DNA of 64,000 bases from a virus. Taxonomy: Duplodnaviria; Caudoviricetes. A model generated the notes under the pieces. That model searched no databases, was not told where the DNA came from, and worked only from the letters and a program-made list of their open reading frames with translations. The position numbers and the translations under genes were made by a program. Positions 63,782-64,000 of this stretch are shown piece by piece (position 1 is the first letter of the stretch; every line of letters begins with the position of its first letter). The stretch lies in IMG/VR virus record IMGVR_UViG_2863389319_000001; one strand, 5' to 3'.

Positions 63782-64000
63782 ATGGGTGTCCGCTCCCGCC
63801 TCGCCAACCTCGCCAAGGTGTTCGGCAACTCCACCCCCGCCGAGTTCACGGCCGGCGAGACCGCCGCGCAGATGACCCCGGCGTCACCGTTCTCCCCCGG
63901 CACACCCATCCGCCCCTACGACGGATACTCACGCACCCCCCGCGGCCACGAGTTCGTTCCCGGCTACAACATCTCTGCCCGGCCGCGAGCCCACGAGCGC
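63782..64000 (+). CDS. Portal protein (partial)
   Basis: Directly after terL; SPFSPGTPIRPYDG...GYNISARPR; runs off window. Confidence 0.65.
   Translation, partial: MGVRSRLANLAKVFGNSTPAEFTAGETAAQMTPASPFSPGTPIRPYDGYSRTPRGHEFVPGYNISARPRAHER

Larger units (their letters stand above)
1..64000. mobile_element. Composite prophage / conjugative element (integrase to portal; continues beyond window)
   Basis: Integrase at left edge, cI/cro/xis, phage replication genes, terminase and portal at right, internal TraB module; no host housekeeping genes. Confidence 0.9.

Overview
GC-rich actinomycete (Streptomycetaceae-like) mobile DNA throughout; no housekeeping genes, tRNA, rRNA or CRISPR array seen. It reads as a composite prophage in five blocks. 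(A) 1-23847 is a temperate-phage left arm: tyrosine integrase, cI/cro/xis switch, recombination genes, RuvC-like, WhiB, SSB, replication initiator with iteron-like repeats, C5 DNA methyltransferase and about 30 small ORFs. (B) 23855-40307 is a second, inverted early region with its own cI/cro switch, HEXXH protease, initiator with five iterons, DnaB, RNA-ligase-like and MazG-like genes. (C) 40451-43429 is cargo: a TA-like pair and a small Asp-Gly-rich peptide coupled to a PIMT-like methyltransferase (imiditide/pamtide-type RiPP layout). (D) 43444-55253 is a Streptomyces plasmid/AICE-type conjugation module (KorSA-like GntR, Nudix, SpdB-like, TraA-like pair, FtsK TraB, Pycsar-effector-like, Mrr-like). 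(E) From 55857 the phage late region starts (promoter/attenuator, beta-helix tailspike-like, terS, terL, partial portal). Best candidates for novelty: a prophage with two immunity/replication modules and a TraB conjugation system, a mobile-element-borne aspartimide RiPP locus, a dense CGGACA array inside spdB, a G4/hairpin switch before the tra operon, and gene-junction microhomologies. All family calls come from motif recognition by eye, not from database searches.
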